DNA from: Candidatus Adlerbacteria bacterium
GTDB lineage: Bacteria; Patescibacteriota; Minisyncoccia; Phycocordibacterales; SBAW01
Reading direction: 5' to 3'
Assembly: GCA_037135035.1 (NCBI GenBank)
Contig: JBAXLB010000001.1
Span: 94,465 to 158,464, forward strand
Length of the DNA: 64,000 nt
This document shows positions 23,987 to 33,153 of the stretch, in pieces. Both the position numbers and the translations under genes were made by a program. Under the pieces are notes generated by a model. That model was given only the letters and a program-made list of their open reading frames with translations, did no database searches and was not told the DNA's origin. How positions within the stretch are numbered: the stretch's first letter is position 1; each line of letters begins with the position of its first letter.

Positions 23987-25684
23987 ATGGACTCGCAGGT
24001 ACAGGAAATTAAAGACAAATTGTCCATCAATGAAGTGGTGGGGAATTATGTAAAGCTGGAAAAAGCAGGACGCAATTGGCGTGCGAGGTGCCCGTTTCAT
24101 AAAGAAAAAACGCCGTCATTTATGATTTCACCCGAGCGGGGAAGTTACGTATGTTTCGGCTGCGGCGAAAAGGGCGACATTTTTTCGTTCGTGCAAAAAA
24201 TGGAAAACATCGACTTTAAAACTGCACTTGCGCAGTTGGCAGAAAAAGCGGGAGTGGTGTTAAAAAATGGGTTTGTACAAAAACCTGAAAATAAAGAAAA
24301 GAACGAACAGCTGTACGATGTGTGCGAACATGCCACCGCATTTTTTGAAGCACAGCTTACAGCACGCGCGGATGTGATGGAATATGTGAAGGGGAGAGGG
24401 GCAACAGAAGAGACTGTTTCTTCGTGGCGCATAGGCTACGCGCCTGCGTCGTGGCACGACCTAGCCGAGCATTTAGCAAAGCTCGGGCATACAAAAGATT
24501 TGATGGCAGAGGCTGGGCTTGTTGCGCATTCGCAACACAAGCCGGGGGAAGTGTATGACCGCTTCCGTGGGCGGATTATGTTCCCGTTGTTTGACGCGGG
24601 CGGGAAAGTTATTGCATTTTCGGGAAGATTCTTCGAAAAAGTTGAAGGCCAGAAAGATGACGGCGGCGAGCCTGCAAAGTATGTAAATTCTCCGGAGACT
24701 CCATTGTTTAAAAAGTCGAAAGTACTCTACGGCTACGACCGTGCAAAAAACGCCATACGGAAAGCCGACTGTGTGCTGCTTGTTGAGGGCCAGTTTGACG
24801 TCGTGCTTTCCCACCAGTCTGGCCTGACGTTTGCAGTTGCTTCCTCGGGTACCGCGATTACGGAAGAACATCTGAATTTACTTTCGCGGCTTTCCAAACG
24901 CCTTGTGTTGGCACTCGACGGTGATGCAGCTGGTGTGCGTGCAGGCCTCAAGAGTGCTGTGATGGCGCTTAAGATGGGGTTTGATGTAAAAGTTCCAACA
25001 TTTGCTGGAGGTAAGGACCCAGCCGACTTAGCAAAAGAAGATCCGGAACTCTTGAGGGCTGCGATACGGACATCGAAAACGGCTGTCGAATTTTTCTTAG
25101 ACGCATTGCGCCCTGCTGCGCGGGACGAGCGTATGTATAAAAAAGCAGTTGAGTTGCAGGTCCTGCCGCTTGTTGCGGCTATAGGCAGCAAAATAGAGCA
25201 GGCGCATTTTGTGCACATTATTGCCGAACGTTTAAGAGTCCCTGAAGATGCTATACGTGCCGAGGTCGCCAAGCGCCCCGCATTGCCCACGGAAGATGTT
25301 ACAGAAGACCCTGCGCCTACCCAGCCGACACATACTGCCGTCCCAACGCAGCTTGAACGTGCCGCCGCATTATTGCGGTTTTATTTCCCTACAGACGCGG
25401 ACGTACAGGAAAAGCTCGCGCATCTTGTAGGTGCAGAGCGTTACAGCTTGCTTGAGCAAAAATACAAAGACGATGCCGAACGCTTTAAATTTGAATTTGA
25501 AACACTAGGCGACGACCACGCCGCCATCGTACACGCACTGTTTGACGCGATAGAGCGAGCAACACTCGACGAGGAAATGTCGCAGGTGCGCGATGCACTG
25601 CATGTGGCGACGCCTGGGACTGAAGGGGAGTTAGTTCAGAGACTCTCTACGCTTAAAAAGCGCCAGCAGGAATTGCGGAAATAG
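23987..25684 (+). CDS. dnaG: DNA primase.
   Basis: Zinc-ribbon CPFHKEKTPSF...CFGCG, RNA polymerase and Toprim domains; 565 aa; upstream of rpoD as in the classic operon. Confidence 0.9.
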   Translation: MDSQVQEIKDKLSINEVVGNYVKLEKAGRNWRARCPFHKEKTPSFMISPERGSYVCFGCGEKGDIFSFVQKMENIDFKTALAQLAEKAGVVLKNGFVQKPENKEKNEQLYDVCEHATAFFEAQLTARADVMEYVKGRGATEETVSSWRIGYAPASWHDLAEHLAKLGHTKDLMAEAGLVAHSQHKPGEVYDRFRGRIMFPLFDAGGKVIAFSGRFFEKVEGQKDDGGEPAKYVNSPETPLFKKSKVLYGYDRAKNAIRKADCVLLVEGQFDVVLSHQSGLTFAVASSGTAITEEHLNLLSRLSKRLVLALDGDAAGVRAGLKSAVMALKMGFDVKVPTFAGGKDPADLAKEDPELLRAAIRTSKTAVEFFLDALRPAARDERMYKKAVELQVLPLVAAIGSKIEQAHFVHIIAERLRVPEDAIRAEVAKRPALPTEDVTEDPAPTQPTHTAVPTQLERAAALLRFYFPTDADVQEKLAHLVGAERYSLLEQKYKDDAERFKFEFETLGDDHAAIVHALFDAIERATLDEEMSQVRDALHVATPGTEGELVQRLSTLKKRQQELRK

Positions 25685-25708
25685 GTTTTTGTGATATACT
25701 GTGTGCCA

Positions 25709-26977
25709 ATGGCAAAACCTAAGAAGAAGGCACCAAAGGCAGTAAAGAAAGTGGTAAAGCCCGCAAAAAAGGCTAAAAACGCTGTCCTTAAAGCAAAACA
25801 ATTTCGTGCTGCAGCTGCAAAGCGCCGCACCAAGTTGGCTCCTAAAAAAGCTGTAGTAAAAAAAACAAAAGCAGCTCCAGTTGCTAAGGCAAATCCAAAA
25901 GTTGCTAAAAAAGCCGACGAGCAAGGCAAAAAAGCCGAACAATTGATGGCGCGCGGGCGTGAACGCGGCTTTGTTACCTATGACGAAATTTTAAAGAGCT
26001 TCCCAACCATTGAGTCGGACGTGATGTTTTTGGAAGAGTTGTACGACAAATTTTCTACCGCACACATTGACGTGCTTGAAGGCGGCGGAATGCTCGAAAT
26101 TGCCGAAGAGACTCCGGAAAAAGGCTATGCAAGGAGCGATTCGCAATACGACTCCATTCAAATGTACTTGCGCGAAATCGGTCGCTACCCGCTGCTTAAT
26201 GCCCAGCAGGAGCGCGACTACGCAAAGCGTATTGTCGACGGCGACGGCGAAGCGCGCAACTTGCTTGCCCGCGCCAACCTCCGCCTTGTTGTGTCTATCG
26301 CTAAAAAATACGTCGGCCGCAGTCCTGACTTAACACTGCTCGACCTTATCCAGGAAGGGAACCTCGGCCTCTTTAAGGCCGTAGACAAGTTCGACTACAC
26401 CAAGGGGTATAAATTCTCGACCTATGCGACCTGGTGGATCCGCCAGGCTATTACCCGTGCGCTCGCAGACCAGAGCCGCACTATCCGTATCCCCGTGCAC
26501 ATGGTGGAAACAATCGCCAAGTACAAACAAGTGTCGCGCCGTTTGGCACAGGACCTAGGTCGGGACCCACTTGCTGAGGAAATTGCCTTGGAGATGGGTG
26601 TTGATGTAGACAAAATTTACCAAATTGAAAAAATCGACCAGGACACCGTGTCGCTCGAAAGCCCAGTTGGCTCCGACGACGACGACGGAAAGTCAGTCCT
26701 TGGGGACTTTATAAAAGACGACAAAATCTTGGCACCAGACCAGGAAGTGTCGCGCCGCATTTTGGGCGACCAGCTGCATGAAATTTTGGACGAACTTTCA
26801 CCCAAAGAGCGCGAAATTTTGAAACTCCGCCACGGCTTGGAAGACGGCATTTACCATACACTTGAAGAAGTAGGAAAGAAGTTTGGTGTTACCCGCGAGC
26901 GTATTCGCCAAATTGAAGCAAAGGCTCTGGAGCGCATCCGCACTCACGACAAAGCAAAACGTTTGAGGAGCTACTAG
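25709..26977 (+). CDS. rpoD: RNA polymerase sigma-70 factor with a ~85-aa lysine/alanine-rich histone H1-like N-terminal extension.
   Basis: Region 1.2 through 4.2 is recognisable ([21 protein letters not shown]...[13 protein letters not shown], region 4 HTH). The N-terminus is [22 protein letters not shown] repeats. A GTG at 25691 is an alternative start. Confidence 0.9.
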   Translation: MAKPKKKAPKAVKKVVKPAKKAKNAVLKAKQFRAAAAKRRTKLAPKKAVVKKTKAAPVAKANPKVAKKADEQGKKAEQLMARGRERGFVTYDEILKSFPTIESDVMFLEELYDKFSTAHIDVLEGGGMLEIAEETPEKGYARSDSQYDSIQMYLREIGRYPLLNAQQERDYAKRIVDGDGEARNLLARANLRLVVSIAKKYVGRSPDLTLLDLIQEGNLGLFKAVDKFDYTKGYKFSTYATWWIRQAITRALADQSRTIRIPVHMVETIAKYKQVSRRLAQDLGRDPLAEEIALEMGVDVDKIYQIEKIDQDTVSLESPVGSDDDDGKSVLGDFIKDDKILAPDQEVSRRILGDQLHEILDELSPKEREILKLRHGLEDGIYHTLEEVGKKFGVTRERIRQIEAKALERIRTHDKAKRLRSY

Positions 26978-27056
26978 ATCTATCGACATGCATAATTTTT
27001 TGTTGTAAGATACCGTTAGGTACATCAACAGGTCGAAAGACCGAAAGGGGGCGACC

Positions 27057-27572
27057 ATGTCGCTAGAGTCTTTGCAGAATCGTTTCCAGCGTTGGTATTT
27101 CCGCAATGCTTGGGCTTTGATTCTTGTCGCCTACGTTGGAGGCATGTTCCTGTGGATGTTTTCATGGGCCGGCCGACTGTGGCGGAAGGTTTGGGGTACA
27201 CCGAAGATCGATTTCGCCAGTCTGTCAAAGCTGGTTGGCGAAGATGTTACGCTGGAAGTCAAGTATCTCAACTACCAACTTGGCCCTTGGACCACAACGA
27301 GCGTTCGTTTCAATGGACCTGAGATAGTGATCTTTTACAAGATCATTGAAAAACCAAACAATAGTACGGCGCTCGAGGAGACAAAAGTCGAATGTGTCGG
27401 CAAAGAACCCTTGACCGTCATGTTTCGCGGCTGCAAAGTGGTGGAAATCACTCGCTCGCGGCTAGGGCGCGCAGTAAAAGATCCAAAACTTTCCGCCAGT
27501 AGCTACCTGGCACTCGCAATGTTCAGGTTCCTGCTGCGTGGGCGCCTGAACGTATCTTCCGAACCTCGCTGA
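27057..27572 (+). CDS. Hypothetical membrane-anchored protein (171 aa).
   Basis: RBS GAAAGGGGG upstream, one N-terminal TM helix, terminator overlapping the 3' end. Confidence 0.5.
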   Translation: MSLESLQNRFQRWYFRNAWALILVAYVGGMFLWMFSWAGRLWRKVWGTPKIDFASLSKLVGEDVTLEVKYLNYQLGPWTTTSVRFNGPEIVIFYKIIEKPNNSTALEETKVECVGKEPLTVMFRGCKVVEITRSRLGRAVKDPKLSASSYLALAMFRFLLRGRLNVSSEPR

Positions 27573-27595
27573 TATATCGGCGAGGTTTTTCTTTT
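27564..27595 (+). terminator. Rho-independent terminator.
   Basis: CCUCGC-ugauauaucg-GCGAGG followed by UUUUUCUUUU. Confidence 0.5.
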
Positions 27596-27618
27596 GTGAG
27601 GTTTATACGGTTCTAATT

Positions 27619-28515
27619 TTGTATACTAAGGGTATGGCAAAAAAGGGCAGTACGAAGAAAAAACAAAAACTACTGGAAGTGCCTATTAAGCATTGGAGCC
27701 ACTCCTCGCTTATGGCGTATCTGCGGAACCCGCTCGCCTGGTACAAACGCTACGTCGAACAGGTGTACGACATGCCGTCGGGCCCTTCTTCCGTTGTGGG
27801 ACGGGCAGGGCACGTGGCCCTGCAACACTACTACGGCGGGATACCTAAGGAGGGTGCGGTGGAACTGGGACTAGAATATCTGCGCAATGTTGCCGACTTT
27901 GAAATTAACTTTGGCAAAGCAAAAACAAAAACTGCACTGAAAAAGAAGCGCGAACAAATGGAACGCGACTACCTGCAGGCTGTTGGGTTTTACTTGGCCA
28001 AGCCGCCCAAATATAAAAAAGTACTTGGGGTCGAATTTAAGGGTATGGCGCAAGTAGAAGGGCTGCCGTTGCCAATTAAGGCGGTGTCTGACCTGGTGGT
28101 GCAGTCGGCAGTGGACCCAAAAGGGGTTGATGTCATTGACCATAAGTTTGTCGACCACTTTAGCGGGCTGGGGGCAAACAAGTCGCTCTTTGTGATACAG
28201 GCGATATTTAACTACTACACAGTCAAAAAAAGTTTTAATAAACCAGTGCGGCGTTTTGTGGTATGGGAATGTAAAAAGTCGCGCAACGCAGACGGCAAAC
28301 CACAGATGCGCAAATACGTTATCGACTTCCGCACCTTTAAACAAGAGTTTATTATCTTTAACCGCCTGGTGCGTGACGCCACAGCAGCGCTTGAACGCAA
28401 CCCGGTGTTTTTGCCAAACCCGTCGGACATGTTTGAAGGGGAGAACTCGTTCGACATTTACCGTATCAACTTACCGCCTGAAGCGTACGACGCACATTTT
28501 AGGCCTGATCAATAA
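27619..28515 (+). CDS. PD-(D/E)xK nuclease superfamily protein (RecB/Cas4-like fold, no Cys cluster) with a Lys-rich N-terminus.
   Basis: N-terminal HWSHSSLMAYLRNPLAWYKRYV resembles the conserved start of PD-(D/E)xK/Cas4-like nucleases. A D...D-H-K pattern (SDLVV ... VIDHKF) fits the catalytic motif. Confidence 0.55.
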   Translation: MYTKGMAKKGSTKKKQKLLEVPIKHWSHSSLMAYLRNPLAWYKRYVEQVYDMPSGPSSVVGRAGHVALQHYYGGIPKEGAVELGLEYLRNVADFEINFGKAKTKTALKKKREQMERDYLQAVGFYLAKPPKYKKVLGVEFKGMAQVEGLPLPIKAVSDLVVQSAVDPKGVDVIDHKFVDHFSGLGANKSLFVIQAIFNYYTVKKSFNKPVRRFVVWECKKSRNADGKPQMRKYVIDFRTFKQEFIIFNRLVRDATAALERNPVFLPNPSDMFEGENSFDIYRINLPPEAYDAHFRPDQ

Positions 28516-28622
28516 AGATATAAAAATATCCGCTCCAAAACAAAAAAGAGGGCGCTCGGGGCCGCTAGCCCAAGTCTAACCCTCTTTTTAAGCTCTTTGT
28601 CGCTCCGTAGCTTCTATTTTCT

Positions 28623-29330
28623 CTACTGCGTCGTTGTTGAAGCTGTTGTAACTGGGTTACCTAAGACTGCGTCGATTGCTGCGCGCATCGAGTCGTATGG
28701 CTGTGCGCCGTTTAGGGTTACTGCTTCGCCACCTATCATGATAAGGATAAACGGTGTGCCCTGGCCGCCTTCGTTAATTGCTTCGGTGTAGCTTTTTTGT
28801 ATTTTGCTGGTGTATTTACCACTGGCAAGGCATTGGTTAAAGGTGTCGACATTCAAACCAATTTGTTTAGCAATAACGGGGAGCTGTGCGAGGTCTAAGT
28901 TATTTTCGCCCGGGGTTATTGCATACACTCCGTCGATATATTTGTAGAACGACACGTCACCACCTTGGTCTGCAGCACATTCAGCTGCTTCAGCCTCTTT
29001 TGGTGCCTTAGAGTGGAGCTGTCCAAGAGGGAACGGGCGGTACACCCACGCGACTTTACCCGACGTACCGTAGTAGTCCATTATCTGGTGCATGGTTGTG
29101 TTAAACGTTTTACAGAACGGGCATTCGAGGTCGGCATATTCAACAACTTTTACCTCTGCTGCTGGGTTGCCTAGAATGTGGTCAATTGAGGAGTCGTATT
29201 CGCGTGCCGATATCTTGGTTGACGTGCCGTCTGTTTTTGGAGCGCCACTTTTACCAACAAAAAAGACTGCTCCTGCGATAAGCGCCCCTGCAACGACAAT
29301 AGTAATAGGAAGTACGTATTGGGATTTCAT
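28623..29330 (-). CDS. DsbA-like thiol:disulfide oxidoreductase (thioredoxin fold), membrane-anchored/secreted.
   Basis: CPFC active-site motif in a thioredoxin-like context and an N-terminal TM/signal. Confidence 0.75.
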   Translation of the reverse strand: MKSQYVLPITIVVAGALIAGAVFFVGKSGAPKTDGTSTKISAREYDSSIDHILGNPAAEVKVVEYADLECPFCKTFNTTMHQIMDYYGTSGKVAWVYRPFPLGQLHSKAPKEAEAAECAADQGGDVSFYKYIDGVYAITPGENNLDLAQLPVIAKQIGLNVDTFNQCLASGKYTSKIQKSYTEAINEGGQGTPFILIMIGGEAVTLNGAQPYDSMRAAIDAVLGNPVTTASTTTQ

Positions 29331-29373
29331 ATGTCTATAATTAAGCTAGTACAGGCATTTTACCACAGTGGCC

Positions 29374-29949
29374 CTAAAACGGCAGGGTGTGGTTTAGAGC
29401 CGCTACTTCGGTCAGTTTTTCCCACCCCGACGGGTCCAGTTTAATTTCGCGAGGGCCGTCGAAGTCTTTGTACTTTAGAGACTTATGCTTTTTGGCGTAG
29501 TCGTACAACTCTTTAGTAATTTTAACGTCTTCGATACAGTACTGGCGCACCAAGTCGACTTTGCCTTCGGCCCACCAGGTGACTGCCTGCATGCCGCTTG
29601 CTGTTTTGTTTCGGCCAAGCGTTGCTTCGGCAATGTTGTCCATCTTTAAGCGGCGGCCAAGCACGGCGCGTACTTCCTTAAGCAGGTCGATACTTTTTAT
29701 TTTTGTCAGGTCGCCCGAGTAGTATTTATTTAAAATTGGGATGTCAAAGTGGTCGGAGTTGTATCCAACTAAAATGTCGGCACGTTCAAACAGACCCCAC
29801 ATCTTTGGCAGCTCTTCTTTTAGGTAGCTCGAATATTCGCCGGTCTCCGAGTCATGCACACAACAAATGGTCAGTTCTTGGCTCGCAAAGTCGAACGCGC
29901 CGCCTACGGTCGAGCCAGTTGTTTCAATATCAAAGGTAATGATCCTCAT
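29374..29949 (-). CDS. DEDD-family (DnaQ-like) 3'-5' exonuclease.
   Basis: Exo I FDIETTG, Exo II YNSDHFDIP, Exo III YCIEDV (Y-x3-D) motifs. Confidence 0.7.
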   Translation of the reverse strand: MRIITFDIETTGSTVGGAFDFASQELTICCVHDSETGEYSSYLKEELPKMWGLFERADILVGYNSDHFDIPILNKYYSGDLTKIKSIDLLKEVRAVLGRRLKMDNIAEATLGRNKTASGMQAVTWWAEGKVDLVRQYCIEDVKITKELYDYAKKHKSLKYKDFDGPREIKLDPSGWEKLTEVAALNHTLPF

Positions 29950-29966
29950 ACAACAAAAGAGCTAGA

Positions 29967-31208
29967 TTAGAGCGAAAGGAAAAATGCAGCAAGCTCTTCC
30001 CGTGTATGAGGCGCTTCGGTGCCGTTTAGTAAATTGCGGATACCAAATGTACCTGATGCTATCTCATTCGCTCCGACAACAATAAGGTAGGGAATTGCGT
30101 GTTTAACCGCTGTTTTAATTTGGTCGGCGAGCTTTTTTTCTCCAAAGTCCACTGCAACATTTACTCCTGCGGCACGTAGCTCGCCAGCAATTGCCAGTGC
30201 ATGTGGTACTTCTGCTTCTGTGGCAACTGCCAGGTATGCGTGCGTAGGTGCGCTGTACGCTGGCAGAAGGCCGCGGACTTCCAAAAAGTGGTAGACCATC
30301 GTGTCTCCCATACCAAAGCCAACGCCGACAATTGGAGTGTCGTCAAAAAGTGCTGTCAGGTTGTCGTAGCGGCCACCGCCAAAAAGCGCGCGGTTGTTGT
30401 CTTTGTGTGTGTCGTACACTTCAAACACCACTCCTGTGTAGTAGGCAAAGCCACGGACAATAGACGGGTCAAATATTGCATTGCCCACGCCCCCTGCTGC
30501 GAGCGTGTCGAGTACTGCCTGCACATCTGCCGGTACTTGTTCGCCATTTAATTTCTCTAGAGGGACACCAAGCTCTGCTAGACCTGCTTCAAATTCGCTC
30601 TTCTCAATTTTATTTTTGCGGTCGAGGAGCCCTACCAATTTTTTAGTGTCTTCTTCGGTCAACGCACATTCCGCAGCAAGTGCTTCTATGTACGCGCGGC
30701 TGCCAAGTTTTATGACGAAGTCTTTTTCCTCAGCACCAAAGGCTTTTAATATTTCGTACGCAACTTGGATAATTTCGGCATCGGCAGCACGCGTTTGTGA
30801 ACCAAAGAGGTCGACATTTAGCTGCCAGTGTTCGCGCAAGCGGCCACGTTGCGGCCTTTCGTAGCGGAAGAGGTTTGGTATAGAAAAGAGGCGTAGTGGG
30901 TAGCCAAGCTCGCGGCGCTTTGCCGAAACCATGCGTGCAACGGTGGGTGTCATTTCAGGGCGCAGTGTCACCTCGCGGCCGCCCCTGTCTGTAAAGGTGT
31001 ACGTTTGTTCGTTTACGAGCTCTTCATTGTCGGCGCCCTTTGCTTTGTAGAGTTCGGCCGGTTCGAGGATCGACGCGCCATATTCGACATAGCCAAAACG
31101 CTTGGCAACAGTGCGACAGGTTGCAAATAAATAATTTAAAAATGCCTGGTCCTCGGGGTAGAAGTCGCGGACGCCTTTGTAGCTTTCAGTTGAGAGTTTT
31201 TCCTTCAT
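29967..31208 (-). CDS. hisS: Histidyl-tRNA synthetase. Start is at the internal ATG MKEKLSTESYKG.
   Basis: HisRS class II motifs and a C-terminal anticodon-binding domain; the GVRDFYPED N-terminal region is typical. Confidence 0.9.
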   Translation of the reverse strand: MKEKLSTESYKGVRDFYPEDQAFLNYLFATCRTVAKRFGYVEYGASILEPAELYKAKGADNEELVNEQTYTFTDRGGREVTLRPEMTPTVARMVSAKRRELGYPLRLFSIPNLFRYERPQRGRLREHWQLNVDLFGSQTRAADAEIIQVAYEILKAFGAEEKDFVIKLGSRAYIEALAAECALTEEDTKKLVGLLDRKNKIEKSEFEAGLAELGVPLEKLNGEQVPADVQAVLDTLAAGGVGNAIFDPSIVRGFAYYTGVVFEVYDTHKDNNRALFGGGRYDNLTALFDDTPIVGVGFGMGDTMVYHFLEVRGLLPAYSAPTHAYLAVATEAEVPHALAIAGELRAAGVNVAVDFGEKKLADQIKTAVKHAIPYLIVVGANEIASGTFGIRNLLNGTEAPHTREELAAFFLSL

Positions 31209-31276
31209 ACAGTCATTTTTTTGGCGATATAGGTGATATCGGTTATTGTAACAGAAACAAAGCCAGTACACGATAT

Positions 31277-32086
31277 ATGCAGAATGATATAAAAAAAGAG
31301 ACGGACGTAGTGCCCCGCACGGTGGGCGGCAAGGTACTTAATTTATACAAACAGCTGGGCGAGACACCACGCGAGAGGCTCGACCGTTTGCGTGCACAAA
31401 AGCCCGAATACGCGCACGAAGTGCTTTCCTACGCGGGGCGCCTCGACCCAATGGCTGAAGGCGTGATGATTACCTTGGTAGGTTCGGCAAACAAAATGCG
31501 CGAGGCCTACTTGGACATGAGCAAAGAGTATGTGCTCGACGTGTTGTTTGGTTTTGCGACAGACACCTACGACGCGCTTGGCCGCATTATGGAAAATGGC
31601 GACACTGCCGCACTTACAAAAAAAGCAATTGAAAAAGGTTTAAACGAATTCCGCGGGCACGTGTCCCAAGAGTATCCGCCCTATTCGTCTAAAACCGTAG
31701 AAGGGAAGTCGTTGTTTGAATGGGCGCGTGCGGGGGCTTTGGGGGCGCTTGTGCTGCCGCGCAAAACAGTAACTATTTACGACATCTCACTTCAAGGAAT
31801 ATACAAAATAAAAGAGCCGGCGCTACTTTCCTATATTGAAACTGCTATCGACAAAGTGCATGGCGACTTTAGACAAGAAGAAATTGTCGCAGGGTGGAAG
31901 CGTAAGTTGAGTGCGTCGGGCGACCGCGAATTCCCTTGCGCAACAATTAAAATTTCATGCTCCTCGGGCACCTACGCGCGCTCCATCGCGCACGGGTTGG
32001 GCAAAGACCTAGGCATCCCAGCCCTTGCCCTGCATATCCTCCGCACCAAAGTGGGTGACTACGAGTCCTCAAAAAGCCTTAAATAA
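31277..32086 (+). CDS. truB: tRNA pseudouridine synthase TruB-like. Start is at the internal ATG MQNDIKKE.
   Basis: GRLDPMAEGVMITLVGSA catalytic-Asp motif region and a YSSKTVEGKSLFEWARAG block typical of TruB. Confidence 0.75.
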   Translation: MQNDIKKETDVVPRTVGGKVLNLYKQLGETPRERLDRLRAQKPEYAHEVLSYAGRLDPMAEGVMITLVGSANKMREAYLDMSKEYVLDVLFGFATDTYDALGRIMENGDTAALTKKAIEKGLNEFRGHVSQEYPPYSSKTVEGKSLFEWARAGALGALVLPRKTVTIYDISLQGIYKIKEPALLSYIETAIDKVHGDFRQEEIVAGWKRKLSASGDREFPCATIKISCSSGTYARSIAHGLGKDLGIPALALHILRTKVGDYESSKSLK

Positions 32087-32090
32087 CAAC

Positions 32091-32118
32091 AAAAAACCCG
32101 CTGAAAAGCGGGTTTTTT
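32091..32118. terminator. Bidirectional Rho-independent terminator between truB and nrdB.
   Basis: AAAAAACCCGCU-gaaa-AGCGGGUUUUUU. Confidence 0.7.
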
Positions 32119-32120
32119 GT

Positions 32121-33113
32121 TTACCAGTCGAGTTCTCCGGTTTTGTATTCGGTCACGCGGGTTTCGAAGAAGTTTTTTTCTTTAGGGACGTCCATAATTT
32201 CTGACATCCAAGGGAACGGGTTTTCTTTATGGTAGTGGCGGTCGAGGCCAATGCGCTCCAAGCGGCGGTCGGTCACGTGCTCTACATACTGCTTTACAGA
32301 CGCAGGGGTGAGCCCCAAGATACCGCGCGGCAGTGCGTCGTCGGAATACTTTTTTTCAAGTTCGGCACCTTTTACGATGTTTGCTTTAAGTGTTGCCTTA
32401 AACTCCGGTGTCCAGATTTCTGGGTTTTCTTGCACGATGGTGTTTATGAGGTCCGCACCAAAGGCAAGGTGAATGGACTCGTCGCGGAGGATAAACTGGA
32501 ACTGCTCGCCGATGCCCACCATGCGGTTTTTGCGCAAGAGCGAAAGCATCATGGCAAAACCTGCGTAAAAGAAGACGCCTTCCATAATGACGTAAAAGCC
32601 AACCAGGTCGTGCACAAACTTTTGGATATTTTCTGTCCCGACAGTTGTAAAGTTCGGGTCAAACACCGACTTAGTAATTTCGACAACAAAGTCATCTTTT
32701 TCTTTAATCGACGGAATCGTCTGGTACATGTTGTAGATCTCGTCGGGGTCGAGGCCTAGCGTGTCACAGCAGTAAATAAACGTGTCGGTGTGCACGGCCT
32801 CTTCGTAACTTTGGCGCAGCAAGTACTGACGTGCTTCAGGGTTAGTTATGTGGCGGTAAATTGCCAGCACCAAGTTGTTTGCGGTCAGCGACTCGGCTGT
32901 AGAGAAAAAGCCAAGGTTCCACAAAATCATGCGGCGTTCGTCTTCCGAAAGTGCACCTGGTTTTTTCCACAACTCGACGTCTTGCTGCATCGAAACTTCT
33001 TCAGGCACCCAGTTGTTTGCAACGCCTTTTTTATAGTGCACGCGCGCCCACGGGTAGCGCATAGGGAGGATTTTATTCGGGTCTGTATTGCTGCCGCCGT
33101 TGATGATACCCAT
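32121..33113 (-). CDS. nrdB: Ribonucleotide reductase class I beta subunit.
   Basis: Ferritin-like R2 fold with iron-ligand motifs (EEAVHTDTF... EGVFFYAGF) and a C-terminal tail. Confidence 0.9.
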   Translation of the reverse strand: MGIINGGSNTDPNKILPMRYPWARVHYKKGVANNWVPEEVSMQQDVELWKKPGALSEDERRMILWNLGFFSTAESLTANNLVLAIYRHITNPEARQYLLRQSYEEAVHTDTFIYCCDTLGLDPDEIYNMYQTIPSIKEKDDFVVEITKSVFDPNFTTVGTENIQKFVHDLVGFYVIMEGVFFYAGFAMMLSLLRKNRMVGIGEQFQFILRDESIHLAFGADLINTIVQENPEIWTPEFKATLKANIVKGAELEKKYSDDALPRGILGLTPASVKQYVEHVTDRRLERIGLDRHYHKENPFPWMSEIMDVPKEKNFFETRVTEYKTGELDW

Positions 33114-33153
33114 AATCTAGTGAGTGAGAGAATAAAAGTTTATTTTTCTAAAT

